Notes under the pieces: generated by a model | What the model saw: the letters and a program-made list of their open reading frames with translations, nothing else | What the model was told of the DNA's origin: nothing | Databases searched by the model: none | From: an uncultured delta proteobacterium | GTDB lineage: Bacteria > Desulfobacterota > WTBG01 > JAGOGO01 | DNA: 64,000 nucleotides | NCBI GenBank assembly: GCA_963727835.1 | Contig: CAVSIB010000026.1 | Span: forward strand, 13,051 to 77,050 | Reading direction: 5' to 3' | Program-made: the position numbers and the translations under genes | In this document: piece by piece, positions 24,933 through 34,739 of the stretch | Layout: every line of letters begins with the position of its first letter | Position numbering within the stretch: the stretch's first letter is position 1

Positions 24933-27900
24933 TTATTGCAAAACCTTTTTTACCTCGCCAATTATTTCCTGCCAAGTATTTTCCCTCGGAAAACTAATAA
25001 TTAATCTATGGTCTGGCGTAAATTTAACTTTATTTTTGTACTGCTTAATCAAATACAGAACTTTTTCAAGAGAATTTTCTGCCTCAGGATGAAAACTGAG
25101 AATAATCTCTTTATCATTAAAATCGAGATTTGTAACCAAGTATTTTCGTAACGCTGGTTTCATATTAGAGATAATTAATAAATTATTAACCACCTCTGGC
25201 AAAGGCCCGTAGCGATCGCGCAGTTCAATTTCTAAATTTTTTATTTGATCATCCTCCAAACCCAAGGCCAGATTTTTATAAATTTTTAACCTTTGATGAA
25301 TATCCGGCACATAGTCTTCTGGAAGATAAGCCGATGCTTTTAAGCGAATCTCCGGATCAACATCAGGAGAAATTTTTTCTCCTTTGATCTCCTTAACTGC
25401 TGTTTCAATAAGCTGATAATAAAGCTCGATTCCCACTTGCGCCATATGGCCGGATTGAGAGAGGCCCAGAATGTTTCCCCCGCCCCTAAGCTCCAAATCT
25501 AAGCTCGCCAGACGATAACCTGATCCCAGTTCGCTAAATTTTGCGATTAGTTCAAGCCGTTTTTTTGCCTTGCCGGTTAAATACCGTTCCTTGGGAATCA
25601 AAAAGTATGCATAAGCTTGGTGACTTGAACGGCCAACCCTTCCTCGGAGCTGATAAAGTTGGGCCACCCCTAACCTGTCTGCCCGGTTGATGATAATAGT
25701 ATTGGCGTTGGGGAAATCCATTCCGGATTCAATAATTGTCGTACAAAGGAGCAGGTTTACCTCTTTTTGGTGGAAAGCCCACATCACTTTTTCTAATTCC
25801 TTCTCTTCCATCTGGCCATGAGCAAAAGCCAGAGTGGCCTCAGGGACAAGTTCTTTTAAATAACTGGCAACCGTTTCAATATTTTCTACCCGGTTATGGA
25901 TAAAAAACACCTGACCATTTCGCATAAATTCTCTTATAATTGCTTCGCGAATTATATTTCCGTCAAAATGAGCAATAAAAGTCCTTACCGCCAGCCTGTC
26001 TTCGGGAGGGGAATTGATGATACTTAAGTCCCTGATTCCCAAAAGAGAAAGTTGCAGAGTGCGGGGAATCGGGGTTGCAGTAAGTGCTAAAACATCAACC
26101 AGCGCCCTTAGTTTTTTAAATTTCTCCTTGTGCCTCACCCCAAACCGATGTTCCTCATCAATGATGACCAGGCCTAAATCTTTAAAACCAATATCTTTCT
26201 GAATGAGGCGATGTGTCCCCACGACGATATCAAGGGTGCCTTCTTTGAGCTGGTCAATGACCTCCTTCTGCTCCCGGGGGGGTTGAAAACGGCTGAGCAT
26301 GGCAACGTTAACGGGAAAATCCCGGAACCGATGAGCAAAGGTCTGATAATGCTGATAAGCCAAAATAGTGGTAGGCACCAATACGGCTACCTGCTTATTA
26401 TCCAGCACTGCCTTAAAAGAAGCCCTGAGGGCTATCTCAGTTTTTCCATAGCCTACGTCTCCGCAGATTAACCGATCCATAGGACGCTGGCCTTCCATAT
26501 CTTCTATCACATCTTCAATGGCATTTGCCTGATCACGGGTCTCTTCATACTCAAACCGGGTCTCAAACTCCTGATAAAGCTGATCTCGGGGAGCAAAGGA
26601 GTATCCTTCTAATGCCTGGCGGGTAGCATAGACCTTGAGAAGTTCTTTGGCATGAGCCATGATCGCTTTCTTTACCTTGTTCTTTGGTATTTAGCCAGGC
26701 TGTTCCTCCCAGTTTGTTAAGCACCGGAGTAGCGTTCTTCCTCCCCGCCCCGAAATTTTTGGACTAAGTTAAGTCGAAAAGCCGGAACGTAAAGCCGATC
26801 CTGGTCCCGGTATTCGATAAGGAGAAAGTCATTTCTGTTTCCACCCACCTCCAGGGGATGAAGTCCTTTGTACTGGCCAATCCCATAATCAACATGCACA
26901 ACAAAATCTTCAACGTGAAGGTCATCAAGACTGGAGATAGGATCGCCTTCAATCGGTTCAATCTTTTTCCCATGAGAAAATTTTTCTCCGAATACCTCGC
27001 CTTCAGTCAGCACAACAACCCGGTCAACATTCGAGCAAAATCCTCTTTGGATTTGGCCCAAGGTGAGAATCAATTCTCCTTTTCCTGAGTTACCATTCGG
27101 CAAGAAGGAAAAATCCTCGCACATAGTTATTGGCAGTCCATAGCCATCAAGGAGGTCTTGGAGTCGTTTCATTTGAATAGCGGAATACATGACCAGGACA
27201 ATTAAAAAATAATCATTAAGCCAATCTTTTATTTTTTGGGCCAGCTTTGCTAACGGGCGGCCCCGGCTTTTTGTTTCCATGATCTCTCGGAAAAGTCCTT
27301 GATTGTCGGACGTGGAGAAGGTAAGAGAGTTTTCTTCCGGACGAAAGATTTCGAGCGAATCGATTGATACTTTTGTAAACGGGGCTAAGGTTTTGTTTGT
27401 TTGCTCAGGAGTGAGGTAGAGTTTTGTGCCTAAACTCGAAATTTTTTCTTCCTCCTGGGCAGAGATAAGGCTCTGGGTGATCTTCTCCGCATAATCAGCC
27501 ATTCTTTGCTCCCAATCGGAGACCCCATAAAACCACACGATGGCATCATCAGGAAAATACTGAATGAGGGTTCCCAGGGATTCATAAAACAACTCTAGGA
27601 GAAAAGAGATTCCCTGGAAGTGACCTTCTCCTTTTATTTTTTCTTTCATTATTTTTCGAAGACGAGGCGGGATGCTGTCTTGCTGATGAAGACGCTCGAT
27701 CTGTTCTAATGCCCGGGTTTTGGATAATTCATCAAGAATAATTTCTGAAACCGGGAGAATATAAACCTCTTCCTGGTTAGAGATTGATCGTTGGGTTATT
27801 GGGTTAAACTGGCGGATAGAATCAACCGTATCTCCGAAAAACTCTAAACGAATTGGATAGGCACATAACGGAGGAAAGATATCTACTATTCCTCCGCGGA

Positions 27901-28406
27901 CACTAAATTCTCCCCGTTCTTCCACCAGGGGCACATTGCGGTATCCGCCAACGACTAACCGCTCCAATAAGAATTCACGATTAATCGGATCATGACAATT
28001 TATCACGATAATGGATTTTTTTAGGTCTTGCGGGGGAATGCAGTGCTGCATGAGGGCTGGAAGTGGGGCAACCACAATCGGAAAAGCTTCCTGGTGCTGC
28101 AAATGAAAAAGGCTTTCAATCCGGGCAATCACCTTTTCCGGGTGAGGATCAGCGGTATCGTAAGGAAGCGTTTCCCCGCTGGGGAAAAAAAGAACAGGCC
28201 GATATCGAGCTTCATCTTTACCTAAATAAAACCGTAGTTCGCGACATGTTTCTTCTGCCAGAATCGTTGTCAGGGGTAACAACCAAAAAACTTCGCGCGA
28301 TGTCTAAGGCCAGGGTGCTTAAAAGAAAGGGGAAAAAAGAGCCTTTTACCCCTGAGAGATTGATCTGCTTTTGTCCCTGCAAGAGAAAGGTTTTTAGGTT
28401 CTCCAA
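24933..28406 (-). pseudogene. mfd: Transcription-repair coupling factor Mfd, three indels (about 28262, about 26715, about 26675)
   Basis: Three ORFs (28406-28218, 28282-26717, 26660-24933) plus a short bridging piece PVLNKLGGTAWLNTKEQ together give about 1157 aa in Mfd order. This covers the UvrB-homology N-domain, the RNAP-interaction domain (DFVVHVDYGIGQYKGL), the helicase motifs (GDVGYGKTE, DEEH) and the TRG region. Confidence 0.9.
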
Positions 28407-28450
28407 AAGAATTTTTTAGTTCATTAGGACGGTGAGATCGAGCTTGCATT

Positions 28451-29213
28451 TTAAATAAACTTCTTAAGCCACTCCCGCGCTGCGTTCATGGCCGCTTCAT
28501 TTAATCGAAGGCGGTGACCCCCACTTTTGATAATGATAAGCTCCTTGGGATCAAGCGCTTTTTCATAAAGCCGATAAGCATGTTCAACCGGAACAACATC
28601 GTCCTGGTCGCCATGGATGATAAGCTTGGGTTTTAACATAAGGGTGCCTACCCAATTTTCTGGCCTGAGCAGGTGAAAGCTTTCTATCCAGGCTGATTGG
28701 TCAAAAGGAAAACCTGGGGTTTTAATAATCCCAATTTGCCGGCAGTGATTTAAGTATTGGTCAATTCCTCGTTCTTTTAAAATAGAATCAAAATCAGCCG
28801 GACAGCCACAGAGGATTAATCCCGCAATTTTCTTACTATCTTGAGCACAGGCATAAACTGCCACCGCAGCACCAGCACTAAAACCAAAGAGCACAACCGG
28901 AGAAGAGCCAGTATCGAGCGAAACAACATAGTCTTTAACTCCTTTTAAATCCTCGGCCCATCCCCGAAGGTCGAAATCCCCGGTGCTTTCACCGGCGCCC
29001 CGAAAATTAAATGTCACCGCCTGCAATCCTTCTTCACCTAAAACCTGCGCCAGTTGGGCGTAGCCGGGATCTTCCGGGTCTTTTTTCCCGCCGGGTATTC
29101 CATGACAAAGAATAACTATCCCACTGGTTTTTTTTATGTTTATGCGAAGGATAAAAAATTTTTCCTCTAATACGATTTTTTTTAATCAGAAGGTCAAAAT
29201 CATTTGATCGCAT
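28451..29213 (-). pseudogene. Alpha/beta hydrolase, frameshift in an 8-nt homopolymer (29128-29135)
   Basis: MRSNDFDLLIKKNRIRGKIFYPSHKHKK (ATG 29213) shifts at A8 (minus strand) into TSGIVILCHGIPGG...FGFSAGAAVA (GxSxG)...HGDQDDVVP...GGH. Confidence 0.6.
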
Positions 29214-29428
29214 AAATAATCCGAAATATTAATTGGTCAAAAAAATCTCTGTATTAAATAATCTATTTGACGAAGATAGTAAAGTAATATGGATTTTTTC
29301 TCAAGGAAGTTTAAAGGCAAAAAAGGTAATAATTTGTTTGAAAAAATCTGATGATTTTAATATATTACTCCGGCAATTAAAAAATAATAATATTATTTAA
29401 ATAAGATAAGGGGTAAGGGCAAAAAGTA

Positions 29429-30160
29429 GTGAGATACGCCATTCTTTCTGACATCCATGGAAACCTCGAAGCCTTTGAAGCAGTATTAAAGGACCTAACC
29501 GGAAAGGATATTCAAAAACTAATCTTCTTGGGCGACATTGTTGGCTATGGGCCAAACCCAGAAGAATGCATTACCCTCCTGCGGGAAAAATTCGACGTCA
29601 TGATCGCGGGAAATCATGACTGGGCAGTAACAGGAAAAACAGAGATCAATACTTTTAATTCAGTTGCCCGGCACGCGATTGAGTGGACCATTGCTCACCT
29701 AAGCCCTGATGACAAAAAATTTTTAACCGAGTTACCCCTTCAAAAAGAAGAAGAAGGTTTAACGTTTGTTCATGCCTCGCCCCTGAATCCTCAGGATTGG
29801 GTTTATGTTTTTTCAGGGCATGAAGCTCTGCGGAACCTTCGAGCCGTGAAGAATGACTTATGTTTTGTTGGTCATTCTCATATCCCGTCAGTATTCGTGC
29901 TCAACGAATTTGGTGAACTCTTTTTTTCTAAAAACTTTACCGAAATCATCCTGGAAGGGACAATCCGTTTTCTAATCAACGTGGGCAGCGTGGGCCAGCC
30001 CCGGGACGGTTCTTCCCTGGCTTCTTATGGAATCCTTGATATGAAAAAGCGGGTTTTTTATCTTCGGCGGGTACGGTATGCTTTCGAAACTACCCAGAAA
30101 AAAATTTTATCAGCCGGGCTTCCTTCCATCCTGGCTGAACGTCTGGCTCGGGGTTGGTAA
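29429..30160 (+). CDS. Metallophosphoesterase family protein
   Basis: ILSDIHGN, FLGDIVGYGP, GNHD, GHSH, NVGSVGQPRDG. Confidence 0.8.
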   Translation: MRYAILSDIHGNLEAFEAVLKDLTGKDIQKLIFLGDIVGYGPNPEECITLLREKFDVMIAGNHDWAVTGKTEINTFNSVARHAIEWTIAHLSPDDKKFLTELPLQKEEEGLTFVHASPLNPQDWVYVFSGHEALRNLRAVKNDLCFVGHSHIPSVFVLNEFGELFFSKNFTEIILEGTIRFLINVGSVGQPRDGSSLASYGILDMKKRVFYLRRVRYAFETTQKKILSAGLPSILAERLARGW

Positions 30161-30161
30161 A

Positions 30162-30896
30162 TTAATAGCAGACTTCTTTTAAAAACAGACCCTGAGCAGG
30201 AGCGGTTTTCCCTGCTTTGGTGCGGTTCCGCGCTTCAACAATCTCCACAAACTCTTGGTGCGACATTTTGCTTTTCCCCACCTCAACTAATGTTCCAATA
30301 ATATTGCGGACCATATGGCGCAAGAAAGCATTTGCTTGAATAAAAAAAATCACTTCCGGTCCTTCATGCCGAAACGCTACCTCCCTCACCTCCCTTTCGG
30401 GAGAAACCTTCTCATGGTCAGCACCTTGGAAGGAGGAAAAATCGTGCCAACCGATTAAGTAAAGCGCGGCCTTGTGCATCACCTCAACATCTAAGGGCGT
30501 CTGTACCCACCACGAATAGCTGCGGTAGAAGACCGAAGGTTGCGATGCATTCCAAATCCGGTATTCATAGATCCTGCTCTTGGCGCTAAACCGGGCATGA
30601 AAGTTTTCTGGTACCTCTTCGATGCTCTTGATCAAGATATCGGCAGGAAGAAGGCTGTTAGCACCTTTAAGCAAAGCATTCGTATCAAGCGCGGACTCAG
30701 TCTTAAAGTTGGCTACCTGCCCTAAAGCGTGGACTCCGCTATCAGTGCGGCCTGAGCCATTCAACCGAATTTTTTGGTTAAGGATTTGGCTTAGGGCTTT
30801 TTCCAAAACATCCTGAATGGTGAGGCCATTCTTCTGGCTTTGCCATCCCTGATAATGGGTGCCATCATATTCGATAACCAGTTTTAAGTTGCGCAT
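30162..30896 (-). CDS. truA: tRNA pseudouridine(38-40) synthase TruA
   Basis: VIEYDGTHYQGWQSQ, GSGRTDSGVHALGQV, FLRHMVRNIIG. Confidence 0.93.
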   Translation of the reverse strand: MRNLKLVIEYDGTHYQGWQSQKNGLTIQDVLEKALSQILNQKIRLNGSGRTDSGVHALGQVANFKTESALDTNALLKGANSLLPADILIKSIEEVPENFHARFSAKSRIYEYRIWNASQPSVFYRSYSWWVQTPLDVEVMHKAALYLIGWHDFSSFQGADHEKVSPEREVREVAFRHEGPEVIFFIQANAFLRHMVRNIIGTLVEVGKSKMSHQEFVEIVEARNRTKAGKTAPAQGLFLKEVCY

Positions 30897-30923
30897 TGAT
30901 TCATCTAATAAGTGAGGTGTCCT

Positions 30924-32043
30924 TTACAAAAGCCTTCTTGGAAAAACTTTGGATTTTATAGCACAAGAAGAAAGAAAGGGCAAGGTTTCAACATGGATTG
31001 CTTTTTTTATAAACTCCTTATTAATCCTTGGTAGACCTGCACAGTGAAGGTCGCGCTCTTTTTTTTCAGAGTAGTTTTGGCGGGCGAGGCTTTTACTCTC
31101 CTCTCCCATCTTTTTTCGCAAGGAAGGATTACGCGCGAGCTCTATCGCTCGCTGTGTTAATGCGTGCTGATCCTCAACCGAGAAAATAAAACCATTTATA
31201 TTTTCTTGGACCAAAGCCAGATTCCCTTCCGCGCTGCTTGCCAGTATCGGGAGGCCCTCAGCCATAGCCTCAAGGATGGCTCCGGACATGCCCTCATGAA
31301 ACGAGGTGTTCACCAATACATCAGCGGCCCGCATTAATTCCCGCACTTCAAGCGGCGAGAGCCCGCCGAGGGAGCGGAAACAGCTTAGGTTTTCGCTTAA
31401 TGCAAAGACTCGATCAGCCTCTTCCTTATCCATGACTGGGCCAAGATGAAGAAGGACAACTTCTGGCACCTGCTTTTTCACTTCGTAAAAAACCTTGATT
31501 GCCAAAGGAATATTTTTTACTGGTCGAATCCCGCCTGCCATTAAAAAAACTATTTTCCCTTGCCCTATTCCGATACTTTGTTCGAACCGTGCTCCGGTCT
31601 TCGCGACTCTTCGAGGGGAGATATTCCTTGCGGGATGATATGAATTTTATTTTTAAGCATCGGAAGAGAGGCAGAGAGCGAAATGGCGGCTGCTTCATGA
31701 AATACAATTAATGCATCGGCGTTTTCCAGGTTTTCTTTGATACGCACGGGAGGATCATTTATTCCACACCAGGGGGTATAGTCAGTGCCGGTCAGCGTGA
31801 TCACCCAAGGAGCTCGAAGCCGGTTTTCAGATGCTTCATCCATTGGGATGTCCGTTCGGCATTAAAGCTATGGATAATTTGGGGTGAAAACTGCATCACC
31901 TGCTCAGGCTTGTCTTTATTGGAATTAAAAAGAGCAACTTCATAGCCTCGTTTGACCAAACCCTTCTGCAGGCGGTCAGCTAAAACGCTGTTTCCGCAAT
32001 AATCCGGAAAAGTAAATGGACTTACGAGAGCAAGCTTAATCAT
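30924..32043 (-). pseudogene. GT4-family (GT-B) glycosyltransferase, at least two frameshifts (about 31830, about 31605)
   Basis: Three consecutive ORFs in different frames give N-domain (MIKLALVSP..., ..VITLTGTDY..) and C-domain (FLMAGGIRPVKN..., SFHEGMSGAILEAMAEGLPILAS). Confidence 0.7.
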
Positions 32044-32047
32044 AGAG

Positions 32048-32878
32048 CTATAGGTCGTGATACGAGATGAGGTTAATATTCTTATGCCTTATGGCTTTGA
32101 GCACTTCCGGATGGGTGAGGGCCACAAGCTCCTTTTCATGCTGTGACCATGCAGTTTGTGGTAATGGCATGGCGCGGTATCCTGGGTGACACATTAATTC
32201 GGTAATACCCGGAGGAAGGTTACGAAAAAATTTTCGGAGCGATTCAATGTCAGCAACCCGAGGTAACTGAATCCCGGCAAAATGCTCCGGAAAAAGAAGA
32301 TCAAAAGATTTAAACACAAGATATGCCCGCTTGGCAAGTAAGCCGAAAAAATATTTCTTGAAGGCTTTGGGCTGAAAATAATGCTTGGGGTTTTGGAATT
32401 TCTCCAGCGGCAACCGGATTTTTTTTATGTTAAAATCCCGCGCCAGACGCGCCACTACTCCCGCGATCTGGGGAAAGATATGAAGGTGGTTATTTCCGTC
32501 AAGGTGATCAGGGGAAATGCCTAATTTTCGCAAACGAGAAATCTGAGCGGCAAACTCCTCTTCAACTTCCTTGAGGTTATACTGATGAAGCAAGGCTCGG
32601 CGCCAGGCATTTTTCTTTTTAAAAAATTGATTGCTTTCATCGACCAGGGATGTAGTTCGCCTGGTTATGGGCGCGCCTTTGGTGAGGTTAAGGTGAATGC
32701 CGATTCGGGTGCCAAATACGGTCTTAAGCTTTGCCACGCTCTCTGCGTTAAAAGGTAAATTAGCAATCACTGAGACACTGGTAGCAATGCCTTTTCCCCC
32801 GGCCTCTAAAATGCCTCGGTTTCGCTCCTCATCCGAATTAAAATCATCAGCATTGACGATTAGGTTTCGGGTGACCAT
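32048..32878 (-). CDS. ChbG/HpnK (YdjC-like) carbohydrate deacetylase family protein
   Basis: LIVNADDFN, GIHLNLT, PDHLDGNNHLH, CHPGY. Confidence 0.8.
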   Translation of the reverse strand: MVTRNLIVNADDFNSDEERNRGILEAGGKGIATSVSVIANLPFNAESVAKLKTVFGTRIGIHLNLTKGAPITRRTTSLVDESNQFFKKKNAWRRALLHQYNLKEVEEEFAAQISRLRKLGISPDHLDGNNHLHIFPQIAGVVARLARDFNIKKIRLPLEKFQNPKHYFQPKAFKKYFFGLLAKRAYLVFKSFDLLFPEHFAGIQLPRVADIESLRKFFRNLPPGITELMCHPGYRAMPLPQTAWSQHEKELVALTHPEVLKAIRHKNINLISYHDL

Positions 32879-32881
32879 TAT

Positions 32882-33817
32882 TTAACGCTTACTTCCTTCC
32901 AGGCCAAATTGAAAAAAAGGAATATACTTTTGCGCTTGCGTGTCCCAGGTCCACTTTTCTTCAATGGTTTTTCTCGCCTGCCTTCCCATTTCAATCCGCA
33001 CATCTTCTCTGTCTCGAAGCCTTGTCACTGCCTCGCGAATCGCTGGTATCGTGCGCTCAATCAGAATCCCGTTTACACCATCCGAAATTAATTCTGGAGC
33101 AACTCCCACGCGCGTTGAAATAACCGGCACCGCGCAGGCTGAAGCTTCTAAAATCGGATGGGGGCCACCTTCGGTGCGGCTGGCACAGATATAGGTATCA
33201 AGCCCCTGATAAAAATGCACCATTTCTTCATGGGTTCGCCAGAAGGTTTCCCGGTCAGCCATTTTGAATGTGACCCCTGAGAGGGCCTTCAGTGCCGGGA
33301 GGATAAAGTCTTCAATTCCCCGTTTTCCCGGATGGTTTGTTCGTGAGCCAGACCATCCGAGGATAAGTTTCCCCGGAGGAGAAGAAACTGTTCCTCCTGG
33401 CCGCGGATGAAACAACTGGTGGTCAACCCCATGAGGGGTGTGGAATAAAGCTGGGTGGAGGTTTTTAAAAATATCAAATAGCATGAGTGAAGGCACATTG
33501 AGGGCTTTGAATTGCTGTAAAAATTCTATGGTCTCTGAAGAAGGGGGAAGTCCCTGGCCCCCATCCCATTTAAAGTGACAGCGGATTCCGGTAATCGTAT
33601 TTTTGGGGAGCTTACGCTTAAGTCCTGCCTGCTTCACTTGAGGGAAGTCGGTAAGGTAAAGAAGGTCAAAATTCCCTTCCCTGATTTTTTCTTCAGCATT
33701 TTGATTAAAGGCTTTTTCAAACTCAAAGAGGTGGTTTAGGCGCTGAATAACATTATCCGCCGCGCGCTCCAAAGCCCAGCCTGGAACATCAGGGATTATG
33801 AGAATTTTTGGTTTCAT
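32882..33817 (-). CDS. Glycosyltransferase (GT-B C-terminal domain recognisable)
   Basis: ICASRTEGGPHPILEASACAVPVISTRVGVAPELI..GVNG. Confidence 0.6.
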   Translation of the reverse strand: MKPKILIIPDVPGWALERAADNVIQRLNHLFEFEKAFNQNAEEKIREGNFDLLYLTDFPQVKQAGLKRKLPKNTITGIRCHFKWDGGQGLPPSSETIEFLQQFKALNVPSLMLFDIFKNLHPALFHTPHGVDHQLFHPRPGGTVSSPPGKLILGWSGSRTNHPGKRGIEDFILPALKALSGVTFKMADRETFWRTHEEMVHFYQGLDTYICASRTEGGPHPILEASACAVPVISTRVGVAPELISDGVNGILIERTIPAIREAVTRLRDREDVRIEMGRQARKTIEEKWTWDTQAQKYIPFFQFGLEGSKR

Positions 33818-34140
33818 AAAAGCATGCTCATTTAAAAAGATTTGGAGATCGTTTTAAGCCTATTGTAACCTAAATTTAGCAATGTTCAACCCTGTCTCGA
33901 GGGCACGTTGAAGCGGTCATTTTGGACGGAATCCAGAGAAGCGTTAGCAAAGTTCCCTTTTCCCGGATCCTCGCCTTTGACGGAAGATTATGCTTCACAA
34001 AGCTTCAGGAAGTCCCCAAGTTTTTTAATTGTTAGGTCCAAATCATTTTGATAGCATTACAAAAAAAGCTAATAATTTGGTGAAATTGTTTTTGCTTTTT
34101 AACTCCCCGGAGCTTGTTTGCTGCCGGGTTCTCTTTATAT

Positions 34141-34215
34141 CATTCCCGCGAAAAATGGAATCCGAGGGGCTGAATGCCCCCGAATCACGTTCGAGGCAGG
34201 CTCATTAATGACCGG
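34141..34215. repeat. Degenerate REP/MITE-like hairpin unit related to the core of element 1977-2122
   Basis: CATTCCCGCGAAAAATGGAAT plus a GGGGCTGAATGCCCC hairpin. It shares the ATTCCCGCGAAA core with 2024-2035. Confidence 0.3.
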
Positions 34216-34289
34216 AATTAGTTATTGACCATGAATCGTGTACTGTCTCATAGCGGGATAGACACTATTAGGCAGGTAGTTTTATTGAG

Positions 34290-34608
34290 ATGAAAAAGAC
34301 GTTCACCATTGCTGCATTTTCGTCGTCCTGAATATTACGAAAACTTACTCAAGAGTCTGTTTCGAAATAATATTGGGTTGTTTGAGATCTTTGTTCAAAT
34401 TGACCCGTCTGATGTTGTTGCTGAGATGAAAAATTTAACCGCTCAGTATTTGAAGGGAACACATTGCACCATTACGGTAAACGATGTGAGGGGGCAAGGG
34501 AAATCCATTTTAATCCTGGATGAGGTCTTTTCTCAAGGCTTAAGAGTGAGTGTGTATTTAGAAGAAGACATAGTGATTTCGCCGGGCGTGATGGACTTGG
34601 CGGAATGA
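34290..34608 (+). pseudogene. GT-A fold (GnT-I-like) glycosyltransferase fragment, frameshifted near 34310-34330 and C-terminally truncated
   Basis: MKKTFTIAAF then (frame change) RRPEYYENLLKSL...FVQIDPSD...YLEEDIVISPGV, then stop after about 105 codons. Confidence 0.35.
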
Positions 34609-34739
34609 TAAGCTGAGTTCGGCCAGTTTGCCGGGTTAACTGCACAGCCGGAGCAGGTACAGGAAATCAAAAATAGCCCTGCAACAAAAATACTTGTGAC
34701 AAAATTTTTCGCTAAAATTTTGGATTTTATTAAAACCAT
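34533..34739 (-). CDS. Possible small lipoprotein
   Basis: The N-terminus MVLIKSKILAKNFVTSIFVAGLFLISC resembles a signal peptide with a lipobox. The ATG immediately follows the stop of the upstream ORF. It overlaps the GT-A fragment on the other strand, so it is uncertain. Confidence 0.3.
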   Translation of the reverse strand: MVLIKSKILAKNFVTSIFVAGLFLISCTCSGCAVNPANWPNSAYHSAKSITPGEITMSSSKYTLTLKP

